DNA of 63,021 bases, counting the filler, from Stramenopiles sp. TOSAG23-3 (lineage: Eukaryota), in assembly GCA_900128585.1 (NCBI GenBank). It is 3 parts of 3 records of this genome, joined end to end, with 100 filler letters (N's around TTAATTAATTAA, not from the genome) between each part and the next. Parts side by side here need not be neighbours in the genome. Positions count along the whole stretch, not along the records: positions 1 to 21,065 come from LT642363.1; 2 more parts are not named here. One strand, 5' to 3'. The position numbers and the translations under genes were made by a program. Positions 10,569 to 21,165 of this stretch are shown one piece after another. Positions within the stretch are counted from its first letter, which is position 1, and every line of letters starts with the position of its first letter. The notes below the pieces were generated by a model. It searched no databases and was not told the origin of the DNA. It saw nothing but the letters and a program-made list of their open reading frames with translations.

Positions 10569-12929
10569 ATGTGCTGCAGATTTGGAAAAACCCTGTTGGC
10601 CCCAAGGCTGCTGTGGGTATTTGCCCTGTCCTTCACCGCAGTGTTTCTTTTTCTTGACATCGTGAGCCTGTTCGAGAACGACCCAAAGATTAGAAATGTT
10701 TTTGAGCGCGATCCTAAGTACCTAAAATGTGGCGGGAGTGGTGTCGGGACAGTGGCCGAAAACAAGACCGCGCACATTCCTGCTCCGGCTTGGAAGGGAG
10801 GTTGCCCGAAAGTCAAAGACTTGTCGCGCGCAGATGTGTTGAACCATCTGGACCCATTGGTCTATGTGGACAGAGAAAATGACATTCGAAATGCAATCTT
10901 GCACCCGGAAGATTTCAATTCGAACATTATGCACAATTTCGCCGTAGTCTATGCCCCGCAAAGCTCCGTCAGTAAGCGGACAGGGTATCCGTGGTGGGGC
11001 GTTGGCGGCCTTGACGGCAATACAGCACGGAACGCGTTTCTGAAAGGCATTTATCTTCTGAACTCTAAGGACGGGATAACATGGAGGCCGGTGCACGGCG
11101 ATCGGCCCATTTTCACAGAATTTGATCACCACTACAACGGCTTTTACCACAGCAGCTTCGATGGGCAGAACAGGGTCGTTTACGACGAGCACTTGGATCT
11201 TTTCTATTTTTTTACGCGGGCGAACGTCGGTCAAAACGCCCGGTCGTGGCAACGCAGCGTGTCGCGCGATATGGAATGTTTCACGACTTTGGTGCCTGTA
11301 AAGATGAAATTTTTTGGGGGGCGGTGCGGTGGCGATGATAATGCAGAACAGTTTTACACGTCCAGCGTGTTTCAGTTGCCAAAGATGTACCCAGGAGTGC
11401 TTTTTGCCGTCCCGCGTCGCCACGGTTCTCACGATCGTGGCACTTCGTCGCTGATGCATTCGTACGACTTGGGGGCGTCGTGGAGGCGGACGTCGGGGTT
11501 TCGACCTTGGGTAAACGTCAACTACACGCAGATGATAAATTCATGGTTCAAAGACTATTACTATTCAACGTTCGGGTGCGGGCTTTCCGAGGATGGGAAA
11601 GCAATCGAAGTCTACATAATGAAGGAAAGGCGGAAGCTTATTGTCCAGCGCGCCCCGCTTTTGCAAAGCGAAAAGGGGCACGATCGCTACCGGCCTCGGG
11701 TCGCGGCCCTGAAGGTAAGAGCGGGTAACCCTACCTCCTTTATCACTCGAAAGATAAAATTTGGCGGGAGGTGCGAACTGTTTGTTGATTTTAGCGGGAA
11801 TCCGCCTCAAATCGCCGTGCTGGACTCCCAAGGAAGGGAGATGAAGGCATACGCGCTTGGCGCAAGCGAAATTGCCGAAGAACTTGGGAGCGTCTTGTGG
11901 CGGACCGCCAAGGAGAATGGTGCGACACGTGTCCTTCCAAAGGCGGATGTAGTCCGGCTGAGGGTGGACGGGGAAGGTTTTGAGTTGTTTTCTATCACGT
12001 GCAAGGCACGGGAGAAGAAAGGCAAGATGCTAAAGCAGGCGGGCGAAATGTACGCCCAAAGGCTTTTGGAAAACATGGAGTACCGGATCAACCGAACACA
12101 CCCGAATGTCTACCTGACTTCGACGGACGACTACTTGGAGTACAACAAACCCTTTGTATTTCACGAGTTCTGGCACGGCCGCAGAGATCGAACCATCTAT
12201 ACGCTGGATTTCCATTTCATCGAAAAGGTGGTACGGGGAAGCATAGAGTTTTTGCTGACGCGCCCAGAAGCGTCTTCAACGGTGATTTACGAGTTCCCAA
12301 AAGACACGCACGTTATATATCCTCAGCTCGTAAACATGAACTACTACGGTGGCATTGGGGCGGAAAGGTCTTCGCTCGCGCCCTCGGAGAATGGTGGTGC
12401 CAAATGCGCCTCCCGCGGCGAAGGAACGATAGAGTTCCCCTTGCGGTTGTTCGTCAATGCTTACCCGCTGCGAAAATTAGAAGGCGGCGGGTTCTCGCAC
12501 ATGCACGACTTTTTCAATTACGTGATGCTGCACGTGGCAAAACCGGGCGATAGAACTAAGTGGTACGTTCCACGGGAAATAGCGGAGAAAACAAGAAAGA
12601 GTTTCTGCCCCGGGGCCAGTATGAAGTGCATTCTCAATTTTGGCGCGTTTAAACCATCTGGGGTGTTCAATATTCGTACCGCCGGCGCGCTGCAACAGTT
12701 TTACCGCAGCTGCATTTGGTTGTTGCTTGGCATGTTGCCATTTTTCATATTTTTGCTGTGCATACAACCGCGGGCCTACACGGTTCAAAATAAGTGGTGT
12801 TTAAAGGGGTTGAAAGCCATGGTATTTGCCAGCTTCCTCTCACTCGTGTTGTCCTTGCTGTCGGATCGCGAAATTGGCGTATTCCACCGAGGGATTTACA
12901 GAAAGAGCCTTCGGCTATCGGCACAGTAG
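10569..12929 (+). CDS. Membrane-anchored glycoside-hydrolase-like five-bladed beta-propeller protein (GH32/43/130-like clan)
   Basis: 786-aa ORF with N-terminal signal anchor and two C-terminal hydrophobic helices. SKDGITW, FDGQNRVVYDE, SVSRD and SYDLGASW motifs are typical of this propeller group. Confidence 0.6.
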   Translation: MCCRFGKTLLAPRLLWVFALSFTAVFLFLDIVSLFENDPKIRNVFERDPKYLKCGGSGVGTVAENKTAHIPAPAWKGGCPKVKDLSRADVLNHLDPLVYVDRENDIRNAILHPEDFNSNIMHNFAVVYAPQSSVSKRTGYPWWGVGGLDGNTARNAFLKGIYLLNSKDGITWRPVHGDRPIFTEFDHHYNGFYHSSFDGQNRVVYDEHLDLFYFFTRANVGQNARSWQRSVSRDMECFTTLVPVKMKFFGGRCGGDDNAEQFYTSSVFQLPKMYPGVLFAVPRRHGSHDRGTSSLMHSYDLGASWRRTSGFRPWVNVNYTQMINSWFKDYYYSTFGCGLSEDGKAIEVYIMKERRKLIVQRAPLLQSEKGHDRYRPRVAALKVRAGNPTSFITRKIKFGGRCELFVDFSGNPPQIAVLDSQGREMKAYALGASEIAEELGSVLWRTAKENGATRVLPKADVVRLRVDGEGFELFSITCKAREKKGKMLKQAGEMYAQRLLENMEYRINRTHPNVYLTSTDDYLEYNKPFVFHEFWHGRRDRTIYTLDFHFIEKVVRGSIEFLLTRPEASSTVIYEFPKDTHVIYPQLVNMNYYGGIGAERSSLAPSENGGAKCASRGEGTIEFPLRLFVNAYPLRKLEGGGFSHMHDFFNYVMLHVAKPGDRTKWYVPREIAEKTRKSFCPGASMKCILNFGAFKPSGVFNIRTAGALQQFYRSCIWLLLGMLPFFIFLLCIQPRAYTVQNKWCLKGLKAMVFASFLSLVLSLLSDREIGVFHRGIYRKSLRLSAQ

Positions 12930-13159
12930 GATATTGTACTAATGTGTAATGCTAGGATTTGCCGGATGATTCACGTGGTGTTGAAATCTCTTAGGTAATT
13001 CATTAAAAAATCATGGCGTTGACTCAGGAAGTAGAAGCGGAAGCGTTGTATCCGCAAGCCGATAAAAATGATGACAAATTGTGAATTTATGGTGGATGTG
13101 TAAAGGACGCGACGGATGCCTTGGGCGCCTTGTACAAATATTTTTTAAAAAGAATTAAA

Positions 13160-13405
13160 TTAAATAACCAGCACCTATTTTCTTGTTTAAAAAAAGAATA
13201 CTTTTATGATTAAATTGTTCATCAAATTGTTCATCATTGGAAAATATATCATCCGTCCCCTCGGTGATTGACAACTAGCAATGAAACAAAATTACAGAAC
13301 CAAGTTAGGATTAGGATATGAGGAAGCTAAATTTAATTACTTATAAATAACAGCCACAACAGCCAATTTTCTTGTTTTTAAATAACAGCCAATTTTCTTG
13401 TTTTT
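13160..13405 (+). mobile_element. CAAGAAAATTGGCTG-element copy with tandemly duplicated terminus
   Basis: The reverse-complement terminal motif occurs twice, ending at 13374 and 13400. Internal block CTCGGTGATTGACAAC...GAGGAAGCTAAATTT is shared with 17523-17605. Confidence 0.8.
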
Positions 13406-14253
13406 ATGATTGAAGTCTACACTCAAGAAATAAATGAAATCATTCCTGTTTGCTAATTGCATTATTTTTGGTATATAAATAATGATAGACATGGGTGTTG
13501 GTATCTTCTAAATTTGTTAATTGGTTGAGGGGCGAAAAGTTGCAAACATATATGATACTGAGATGAGAGTAAATATCATTTGTCACAATCTTCTGAAGAT
13601 TTAGAAATGGAAATTTTACGTTACGGGTAACAAAGAGACCATGGATATTTTTTTCCCTCCATTTATTTAAAGGTTAAAGGATGTTGTTGATAAAGATCAT
13701 CAGATTAACTGTACTAATTTGTATAGTAATAGACCCCATCATATATTATGGTATGGTGTGTGCATGCTAGTAATGCTGTAAAACGTATATCGTAATTGGG
13801 TAATAAATATACGAAATGTGTTTGTATCATTTAAATTCGAGATCAGAGATCAGAGAGGCCGTTATTTTTTATAAAATATATTTTATAGTCGTCTAAAAGA
13901 AAGAATTTTATGATTTAAATTCGTTATATATTTGTCCAGTTATATTATTACCTGTTAATTGCAGTAATGTAGTATGCGCATATATCGGTAATATTTTCAT
14001 AGGTGCAAGTTGTTGTTGCTAACTAATTGTCATTTGGCAGTTACACCATTACACCACCGGTGTTTCATCTTCGGTTCTCCTTTGTTGCCGACTGTGGCAG
14101 AAATTAACATTTGTCTCCTACTCTGTATATCAATTTGGAGGGAACGGTAGACAATTTCTGGTGTTCCTTTGTGCTAACCACAACGCCAATATTATTTTAT
14201 AACACTTTACACGCTAACATCTAACCTCCGAGTTTTTGAATTTCAATAAAAAA

Positions 14254-15525
14254 ATGGAAAAAAACCCTCTCAGACCAGGGGCAGCGTATGCATTTGGTTT
14301 GCGTCATAGAGATGGAAAGCTGAAACGTGTGCCATTTATGCCCAAATCACCTTTTAGTCCCAGAAGTAAGCATCTATGGGGATACTGTGATACGAAAACA
14401 AAACACAAAATCGTTCCAGAAATTCCTCGTGTTATCGATGAAGAGGAAGCGATTAGAAAGCACGAAGAAAGAAAACAGAGAACATCTTTCGTCTCTACGT
14501 CTCTATCAGCAATCGACATTTCAGCAAGTTTGTCCTCGTTGCGCTCTTCGGCATCTCCAAGAGAACGAAGGATAAAGCGTAAAACTAGCGTACATAATTC
14601 CTTTCACCCTCATACTACTGAGGCGATTGCAAGATCAGGCGAACAGATGCCTCCAGTGCAGGCAATGGTGTGGCTTGTTGAGAGATCTCTTGATGATTTT
14701 AGAAAACAAGGTCGGTATCGGCCGTTTCCGAATGAAGTAAAGGAGAATCTTCCGACCCTGTTGAAAAATTTAACTCATGTAAAAGGGGAGCTGGGTTACG
14801 ATGAATTTAAGACATTTGCACAGTTGACTTTGAATAGCAACGGTGGAAAAATTGTTCCAAAAGAGCATGAGCTGAAAGAGTGTTTTGAACGTATAGATGC
14901 TGATGGAGGTGGAACTTTGGACAAGGACGAGATATTTCATGCTCTTACGATAGACTGGGAGTTGATAAAATTTCTACGAAAAAGTGAAACGCTTAAGCCA
15001 TTGTTGTCTTTGCGAAATTGGAGAAAGGCTATGGCGGAAATGAAGGAGCCAGATCGCCGCCTGGAAGCATCCTGTAACATGGTAGAACTCACGGCAAACT
15101 CCATTAATGCACAAATTGTGTCCGAGAGTGGAGCCATGCCAATATTTGTCGCCTTACTTAACCCGAATTTTGGCGCCGTGTCAGTAAATGTAGCGGGTGT
15201 TGTTGCAAACTTAATTTGGCACGACAAACAATTGCAGAAGACCATGCCGTTCGATTTTCCTAACAAGGAATATTTTGAAAAAGACAGGGAGAGCGGGTTT
15301 ATACCAATGTTACTGTCTGAAAACTTATCAGATAATGCCAAGGCAACTGTGCTCACTGCTCTCCACAATTTTTGTTGGAAAAATGAAGATAACAAACTCG
15401 ACTTGGTGGAAAGGCATTTGACCCATATCGAAGAAGAACTGTTAAGGCTGCAAAGCAAGGGAGCTAGCCTGCGTTCTCGGAGGTGCGCTGCTGCACTGCT
15501 GACTATGCTAATGGCGCACTCATAA
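14254..15525 (+). CDS. EF-hand plus armadillo-like repeat protein
   Basis: ATG at 14254. Canonical EF-hand loop DADGGGTLDKDE. C-terminal ARM-like helices (IVSESGAMPIFVALL, ALHNFC). Confidence 0.75.
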   Translation: MEKNPLRPGAAYAFGLRHRDGKLKRVPFMPKSPFSPRSKHLWGYCDTKTKHKIVPEIPRVIDEEEAIRKHEERKQRTSFVSTSLSAIDISASLSSLRSSASPRERRIKRKTSVHNSFHPHTTEAIARSGEQMPPVQAMVWLVERSLDDFRKQGRYRPFPNEVKENLPTLLKNLTHVKGELGYDEFKTFAQLTLNSNGGKIVPKEHELKECFERIDADGGGTLDKDEIFHALTIDWELIKFLRKSETLKPLLSLRNWRKAMAEMKEPDRRLEASCNMVELTANSINAQIVSESGAMPIFVALLNPNFGAVSVNVAGVVANLIWHDKQLQKTMPFDFPNKEYFEKDRESGFIPMLLSENLSDNAKATVLTALHNFCWKNEDNKLDLVERHLTHIEEELLRLQSKGASLRSRRCAAALLTMLMAHS

Positions 15526-16301
15526 ACGAATGTGACTCGAAGAAGCAGCAGTTGAAACAAACGACACTTTGTGTTAAACATTTTAAACATGCGGAATTCG
15601 AATAACAAAATCAAAGCTTTCGGAGGAGATTTGTGTACCAAATTAAATAGTGTTAAATGTTAGGTTTATTAACGTGTTTCACTTTCTCGAAGGAGAGAGA
15701 GAGAGATGATGATTGTATTTAGAAATTCCTCCTCCTGGGAATGCTGCCAGGAAGAGAATTTTGGTTAACATACAAGAACGGCGGGCCCTTTAACAACGCC
15801 ACTCTGTTGGATCCGCTGGTCCGAAATATAACGTTAGTGCGAAATCTGCCAGCATATATGGGTTATTCCATTTGCGATCACTGCTGCACGAACAACGTCG
15901 ATACGTCCTTGCAAAGTCAGGTGTACCAGATCTTCATAGATGTTTACAGACACAACACAAATGTACTTGTTTCCCGGAGTGGCATTGGATGAACAGGTAA
16001 TCCCAGAGGCAAAGTAGCCCGTGCTAAAACTCTCACTTGATGGCGTTATGCAAGAAAATTACAGAAAACTAGCGGCCCCAAAATTTATGCTCAGCACATC
16101 TTGGTTTGGTGTGATAACTGCCAATATGTTCTCCAATCTTGCACACCCTTCGACACTTTAAACCAACTTCCATTAGGGCGAGGACATGGTCGGTGCCATC
16201 AGACAAGCATTTACTGGATAGCGGACAACTTTTCGTTCTGTAGCATACCGTAACTAATTTAAGAAATAAAAACGTGCAATTCATAGAGGCCTCGTCCTAA
16301 A

Positions 16302-16949
16302 CAAAAAAATGGCTGTTATTCAAAGTAAGTATTAGTTAATTATGACAAGGAATGATTCACTTATGAGTGAGACATCGGATGAGGAAATTGATTATGGGTC
16401 TCCTGACATCGACGCAATAATTTTTGTTTCGTTGTTGGTTGTCAATCACCGAGAAGATAAATATTACAATGAACAATTTAAATCCATTTGTCCGTTAAAG
16501 GCCTCATCCGATATCTCACTCATAGGTGACTCAATCCTTGTATGATTTTCCAAGCAGCGGCTTAATTGTTTTAGAGGTGCTCGCTGTCTGTCTTGTAAAT
16601 CAGTCAAGGGATTGTCATCTGTGGGTTGAGATGTCGGGGGAGGGTCGTTTGTGTCATTTTCGAAATTAACGGGTCTTTTGCCATTGGCGCAAATCCACCT
16701 ACGGATTCGGACCACGCATGGATTACATCTGAGCATGATATTCAAGACGAACTGACAAGGGTATATCAATTACTAAAATCGCAACAGTAGAGATCAGTTC
16801 GCAGTACATGAAGGAATGTAAACTTCTAACGGGCAAAAGCTGAGTAGATTCATTTTCGCGGTATTTGAGGAAGCTAAATTTTATAATTATGAAAAAACCA
16901 AAATATATAGTATGTAATTATGATACTCTAAATAACAGCCATTTTTTTG
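16302..16949. mobile_element. Inverted-repeat-bounded non-autonomous element with internally inverted blocks
   Basis: Both ends carry the same variant terminus CAAAAAAATGGCTGTTATT in inverted orientation. The interior is blocks homologous to other family copies, in both orientations. Confidence 0.8.
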
Positions 16950-17434
16950 TTTTAAAGATAAATTTTTTCTTTTTTGACTTAAAACATACTATATATAATT
17001 TGTTTTTTAGTATTAATTAAAATTTATCTCGCGAATGTGAATCTGCTCCTTTTGTCCATTAAATGTTAACGTTTCATGTACTGGGAACTTATCTCTCTCT
17101 GATGCACTCCATCCATGATCTAATTAAGACACTTGGATTTGCGATTGTCAAATGACGCATAGTCAACTTCCCACCCGGTGTCTAGCTCAATATATTATCT
17201 TTTATTATATTTTTAAGATTATCTCTGTGTTTTAAAAACAAGGAAGTTTACGTACATGAAGAGAAATATTTTTAAAACAAAAAATGGGCTGTATTAAAAG
17301 AGAGCGAGATATCAATATACTAAATAATTTTTAGCAGTCGCAAAATTAGATCAGTTCTACAATTGGGATAATCTGAGAGTCTTAAAACATACTATGTAAT
17401 ATCATTTAGTTTTTTTCAATATATACCCTAAAAA

Positions 17435-17641
17435 CAAGAAAATTGGCTGTTAAATTTTAACAATTAAGCCGCTGCTTGGAAGATGGTACTAGGATTGAGT
17501 TATCTCTGAGTGAGATACATCCCCTCGGTGATTGACAACCAACAACGAAACAAAATTTCAGAATCAAGTTAGGTTTAGGTTTAGGGTACGAGGAAGCTAA
17601 ATTTTTTAATTACTTTTAATAAATAACAGCCAATTTTCTTG
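17435..17641. mobile_element. 207-bp MITE-like copy of the CAAGAAAATTGGCTG family
   Basis: TAAAAA-CAAGAAAATTGGCTGTTA...TAACAGCCAATTTTCTTG-TTTTTA. The interior is an internally deleted version of the family sequence. Confidence 0.85.
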
Positions 17642-17753
17642 TTTTTAAAATTTAAGTAATTAAAATTTATGTACTGCGAACTGAAATCTAGATTTAGACA
17701 TTCTTCTCGTAAGATTTTTTGAATTTTAATTTAAGCAAGAGATGTGTGTATTT

Positions 17754-19229
17754 TTACCAGTTCCCTGCTTGGGCTGCACGTTGCTCTACCTCGTCACGAA
17801 ATTTCGATTTAATCTCTTTGTACAAGCCCGACAAGAAGTTAGACTCGAAAAATTCCATGTAATGCTTCAGAGACGTCTTGCTGACGTCATCTACTCTGGT
17901 GCGCTTCTTTGCACGTTTGTTCCCTTCAGCGATTTCTCCATCGTTGTCAACATCCATCACACCACTGTCGGTCTTACTAATATCGTTAAATTGGTCCAAT
18001 TCTTCTGCCAAGCTTGCAACCGTTGGAACACTGTGGGGGTCAAATGTTTCCACTGTGTCTGGATCAAGCGGTACGCACACTCGGCCGGTCTTCGGGTGCA
18101 CGCACCACGGACTTTTCAACAAGTGGTTTCGGTGCGTACTGACGTTCACGTCCAGGCGTGGGTATACATATGTAAAAACAATGGCAGCATGCGCATTTTG
18201 CAGTTTCTTTACGTCTTCGCTAACTAGCACGCCGCTTCGTTCTTTCTTTCTGCGCTGCTCCACTTGCTTTGCGATTGTTTTCTTGAGTTGGCCCCACCGC
18301 TGCTGGTAAGTGTATCCTTTTGCGCTACGGTGCTGCCATGCCTCCCGCAAAGAATGTGCAATGTCTTCGCTGGGAAGATGGGACAGGATTTCGTTCCACC
18401 CTTCTTCATTGCCAGGTTCTAACAGTCCTTGACCTTCTGCGGAGCATACATGCTTCAGAAACACGCTTTCCAGGTACGGAAGGCAACGCTCCAATGAGGG
18501 GTGGAGCGGGAGCGTCAACGGCACGCGGGTCGCACTCCGTTCGTTCCCAGTGACGACAGTCAAATAGTTTACGATGGCACTTCGGGAGGCATCATCCAAC
18601 TTCCGAGCACTCTCGTCGCAGACCCAACAATGCACACCACGACGACCAGAGAATATCCATAACAAGTGTTTGAACCCAAAGTCTTTCCGCAACGCCTCGT
18701 CGCACACTTTCACCGCGGCAGACATGAAGTACCAGCACTCCTTTCCCATCCCACGTTTAATGTCTGCCCCTGCGGCGCCAACGTCGTCGTAGTCTGTCAA
18801 GTCAATATCGAAAACAAGTTCACGCTCGAGCGGTTTGAACATATTTCCCGTGTGCATTGTATGCATGGATGGTGGGTGGGAGTAAACGGCGCCAATGTCA
18901 ATTTTGTGAGGTTGTTTTTTGGTAATCTCCTTTCGAAACTCAGAGGCATTTCTGAAGTTCAGATAACGAATATAAATGTCGTCCTCCAAAGTAAACGATA
19001 TTTCTCTGTGGTAAAAATACTCGGGGTTCCCAACGGTTGTACCAGTGGCGCTCTTGTCCGTCAGATTGTTTCCATACGAGAGCCAGCGATACATCTCATC
19101 ATAGGGGAAAAGCCTAGAGTAGTACAGGGACAGAAGCTCCGCCGAGAAAGCCTGCGTAATTACTTTCTTTGGCGCCACCACTTCCTCTTCTCCAGGCACG
19201 GAGGCCTCTGCCATTTCAACGTCTGCCAT
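17754..19229 (-). CDS. PRIM1: DNA primase small (catalytic) subunit
   Basis: YYSRLFPY, REISFTL, PHKIDIGAVY, RELVFDIDLTDYDD, FSGRRGVHCW, YPRLDVNVS, HLLKSPWCVHPKTGRVCVP. Confidence 0.98.
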   Translation of the reverse strand: MADVEMAEASVPGEEEVVAPKKVITQAFSAELLSLYYSRLFPYDEMYRWLSYGNNLTDKSATGTTVGNPEYFYHREISFTLEDDIYIRYLNFRNASEFRKEITKKQPHKIDIGAVYSHPPSMHTMHTGNMFKPLERELVFDIDLTDYDDVGAAGADIKRGMGKECWYFMSAAVKVCDEALRKDFGFKHLLWIFSGRRGVHCWVCDESARKLDDASRSAIVNYLTVVTGNERSATRVPLTLPLHPSLERCLPYLESVFLKHVCSAEGQGLLEPGNEEGWNEILSHLPSEDIAHSLREAWQHRSAKGYTYQQRWGQLKKTIAKQVEQRRKKERSGVLVSEDVKKLQNAHAAIVFTYVYPRLDVNVSTHRNHLLKSPWCVHPKTGRVCVPLDPDTVETFDPHSVPTVASLAEELDQFNDISKTDSGVMDVDNDGEIAEGNKRAKKRTRVDDVSKTSLKHYMEFFESNFLSGLYKEIKSKFRDEVEQRAAQAGNW

Positions 19230-19849
19230 TTCTTTCGCGGTTTTGTGCCTTTGACTTTGCGTGTTTATACAGAGTCTCCAATTTATATATCTAATCTATT
19301 TAGATGTTTTCTATTAGATGCATTCCTTGCCGCTGGGTGCGATCGTTTGTTTAAGCTTGTACGGTTGGGTCAACGTGTCTTTGTGCGTCACCACCCAATG
19401 AATTGAATAGATGAAGGAAAAAGATTTTTTTCTTTTCTTTCGTTGTTGCTGTACTACAGTAGAGTAGTAAATTTTTGTAATTGTTATTATTAAAATTATT
19501 TCACCTACTATTATTATGCTAAGTATGAGGTACCAATTGGTACCATAGAGCGTATGAAAAAGACGAGGAGGACACGAAGAAGAAGGAAAAGAATGATTCA
19601 AAATCAATAATATAATACCAGTAGCAGCAGGCACACAGTATCTCCATTTATCACTTTTCCAAAGAAGACTTTCCTTTTTCATGACCGATAGGTTGGTTGT
19701 GGATTATATAAATATTTAAGAATACAATAATTAGTACTTTTATAAATACATATTTACCTGTTTATTAAGATTTCAATACTAATGATATGTAAATAGTTTT
19801 GGCGGGAGACATTTATTTTTTAATGAATCTAAGACCTCGGCAGTGCAGA

Positions 19850-20150
19850 TCAGATGTGGAGGGATGAAGGAGAGGGAAAATATTATTACTTGAAAGACTA
19901 CGAGTCCGTTCTTTCTTCTATGTACTAGTAGTATTTTGAAAGACTACGAGTACGTTCTATGTTNNNNNNNNNNNNNNNNNNNNNNNNNNNNNNNNNNNNN
20001 NNNNNNNNNNNNNNNNNNNNNNNNNNNNNNNNNNNTGTACACGGTACAGGGCACAGGTATTATAGATTATGGAGGGATGAAGGAGAGGGAAAATATTACA
20101 TTACTTGAAAGACTCCTTGTTCGTTCTTTATTGTTCTACGTACTATATAT
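19850..20150. repeat. Local tandem duplication flanking a 72-N scaffold gap (19964-20035)
   Basis: GGAGGGATGAAGGAGAGGGAAAATATTA and TTGAAAGACT occur on both sides of the gap. Confidence 0.8.
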
Positions 20151-20849
20151 TGTTATTAATTAATTAATTAAAAACAACCTGTATAATAACTAGGAGTTCG
20201 TAATCGCGCGATTCGCCTTTTTCTTTCCTTATTGTGTTAAGGAATACGTACTCAATCTACAAAAAGTATTAGAAGAAAAAATGTCTAAGAAAAAAGTGGA
20301 GCATATTAATACCTGAGATGAGTGACGAGGAGCGCAAAGATGGAAAAATGTTCTAAAAATCCTGGAAAAGTTGGGGGATGGATAGAAGAAGAATCGAGAA
20401 CTCGTAATTATTATTTAATATATATCTCTACAGTATTATGGTATCTGAAAACAATAAATATAATTGCCAGGACTTCCGAGCAAATCCCCGTACGGAATAT
20501 TGTACTGTACCATAATAAGAATTCATACGGTACTAAAACTAGAGAGGGACGAACCGATGATTATATCATTACACCATGAAGCCACAACGATCGACCACAG
20601 TTTGATTTACTTAAAAGAATAGGTCGATTTATATATAATACCTTTATATATTTTGCGTTAAAAATACTATGATTATCATCATATTTTAGAATGAATATTA
20701 AACATTCGATTAGTGCGACATGGAAAGTAACAATGAGCAAACGAACAACATGTTCACACTTGAAACAACAGTTTTGAAAACTCTCGTGGTTCCTTTATTT
20801 ACCGACAGAAGATCATCAAACTTGACCTCTGTTAGGATAAAGAAGTACG

Positions 20850-21065
20850 ATGAGATTGCCCGTCTTTGTGTTCGCGTTAGCCCTACATGCGGCCCAAGGG
20901 GTTAACTTGCGGGGTGGTAAAGTAGAGCCGGGCATGCCCAAATGGATGAGACCGCCAACCATGCAGACCGATGCGATAAACGGGAAAGGGCAGCTTGGAG
21001 CAATTAATGGTGGTGCCGCCATATTAAAGACAAAGGGCAGTGAAACGATAAACCCGATACCGACC
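20850..21065 (+). CDS. 5' fragment of a probable secreted protein, cut by the contig end
   Basis: ATG plus signal peptide MRLPVFVFALALHAAQG. The frame is open up to the linker. Confidence 0.6.
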
Positions 21066-21165
21066 NNNNNNNNNNNNNNNNNNNNNNNNNNNNNNNNNNN
21101 NNNNNNNNNTTAATTAATTAANNNNNNNNNNNNNNNNNNNNNNNNNNNNNNNNNNNNNNNNNNNN
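21066..21165. other. Artificial contig linker N44-TTAATTAATTAA-N44
   Basis: Exactly 100 nt with stops in all six frames; identical structure at 42060-42159. Confidence 0.97.

Noticed and set aside
17569-17586. Telomere-like TTAGG-TTTAGG-TTTAGGG
   Set aside because: Only three imperfect units, inside a repeat copy, and degenerate in paralogous copies.
21066-21165. TTAATTAATTAA palindrome within N runs (also 42060-42159)
   Set aside because: Artificial six-frame-stop contig spacer with an identical 100-nt layout in both places.
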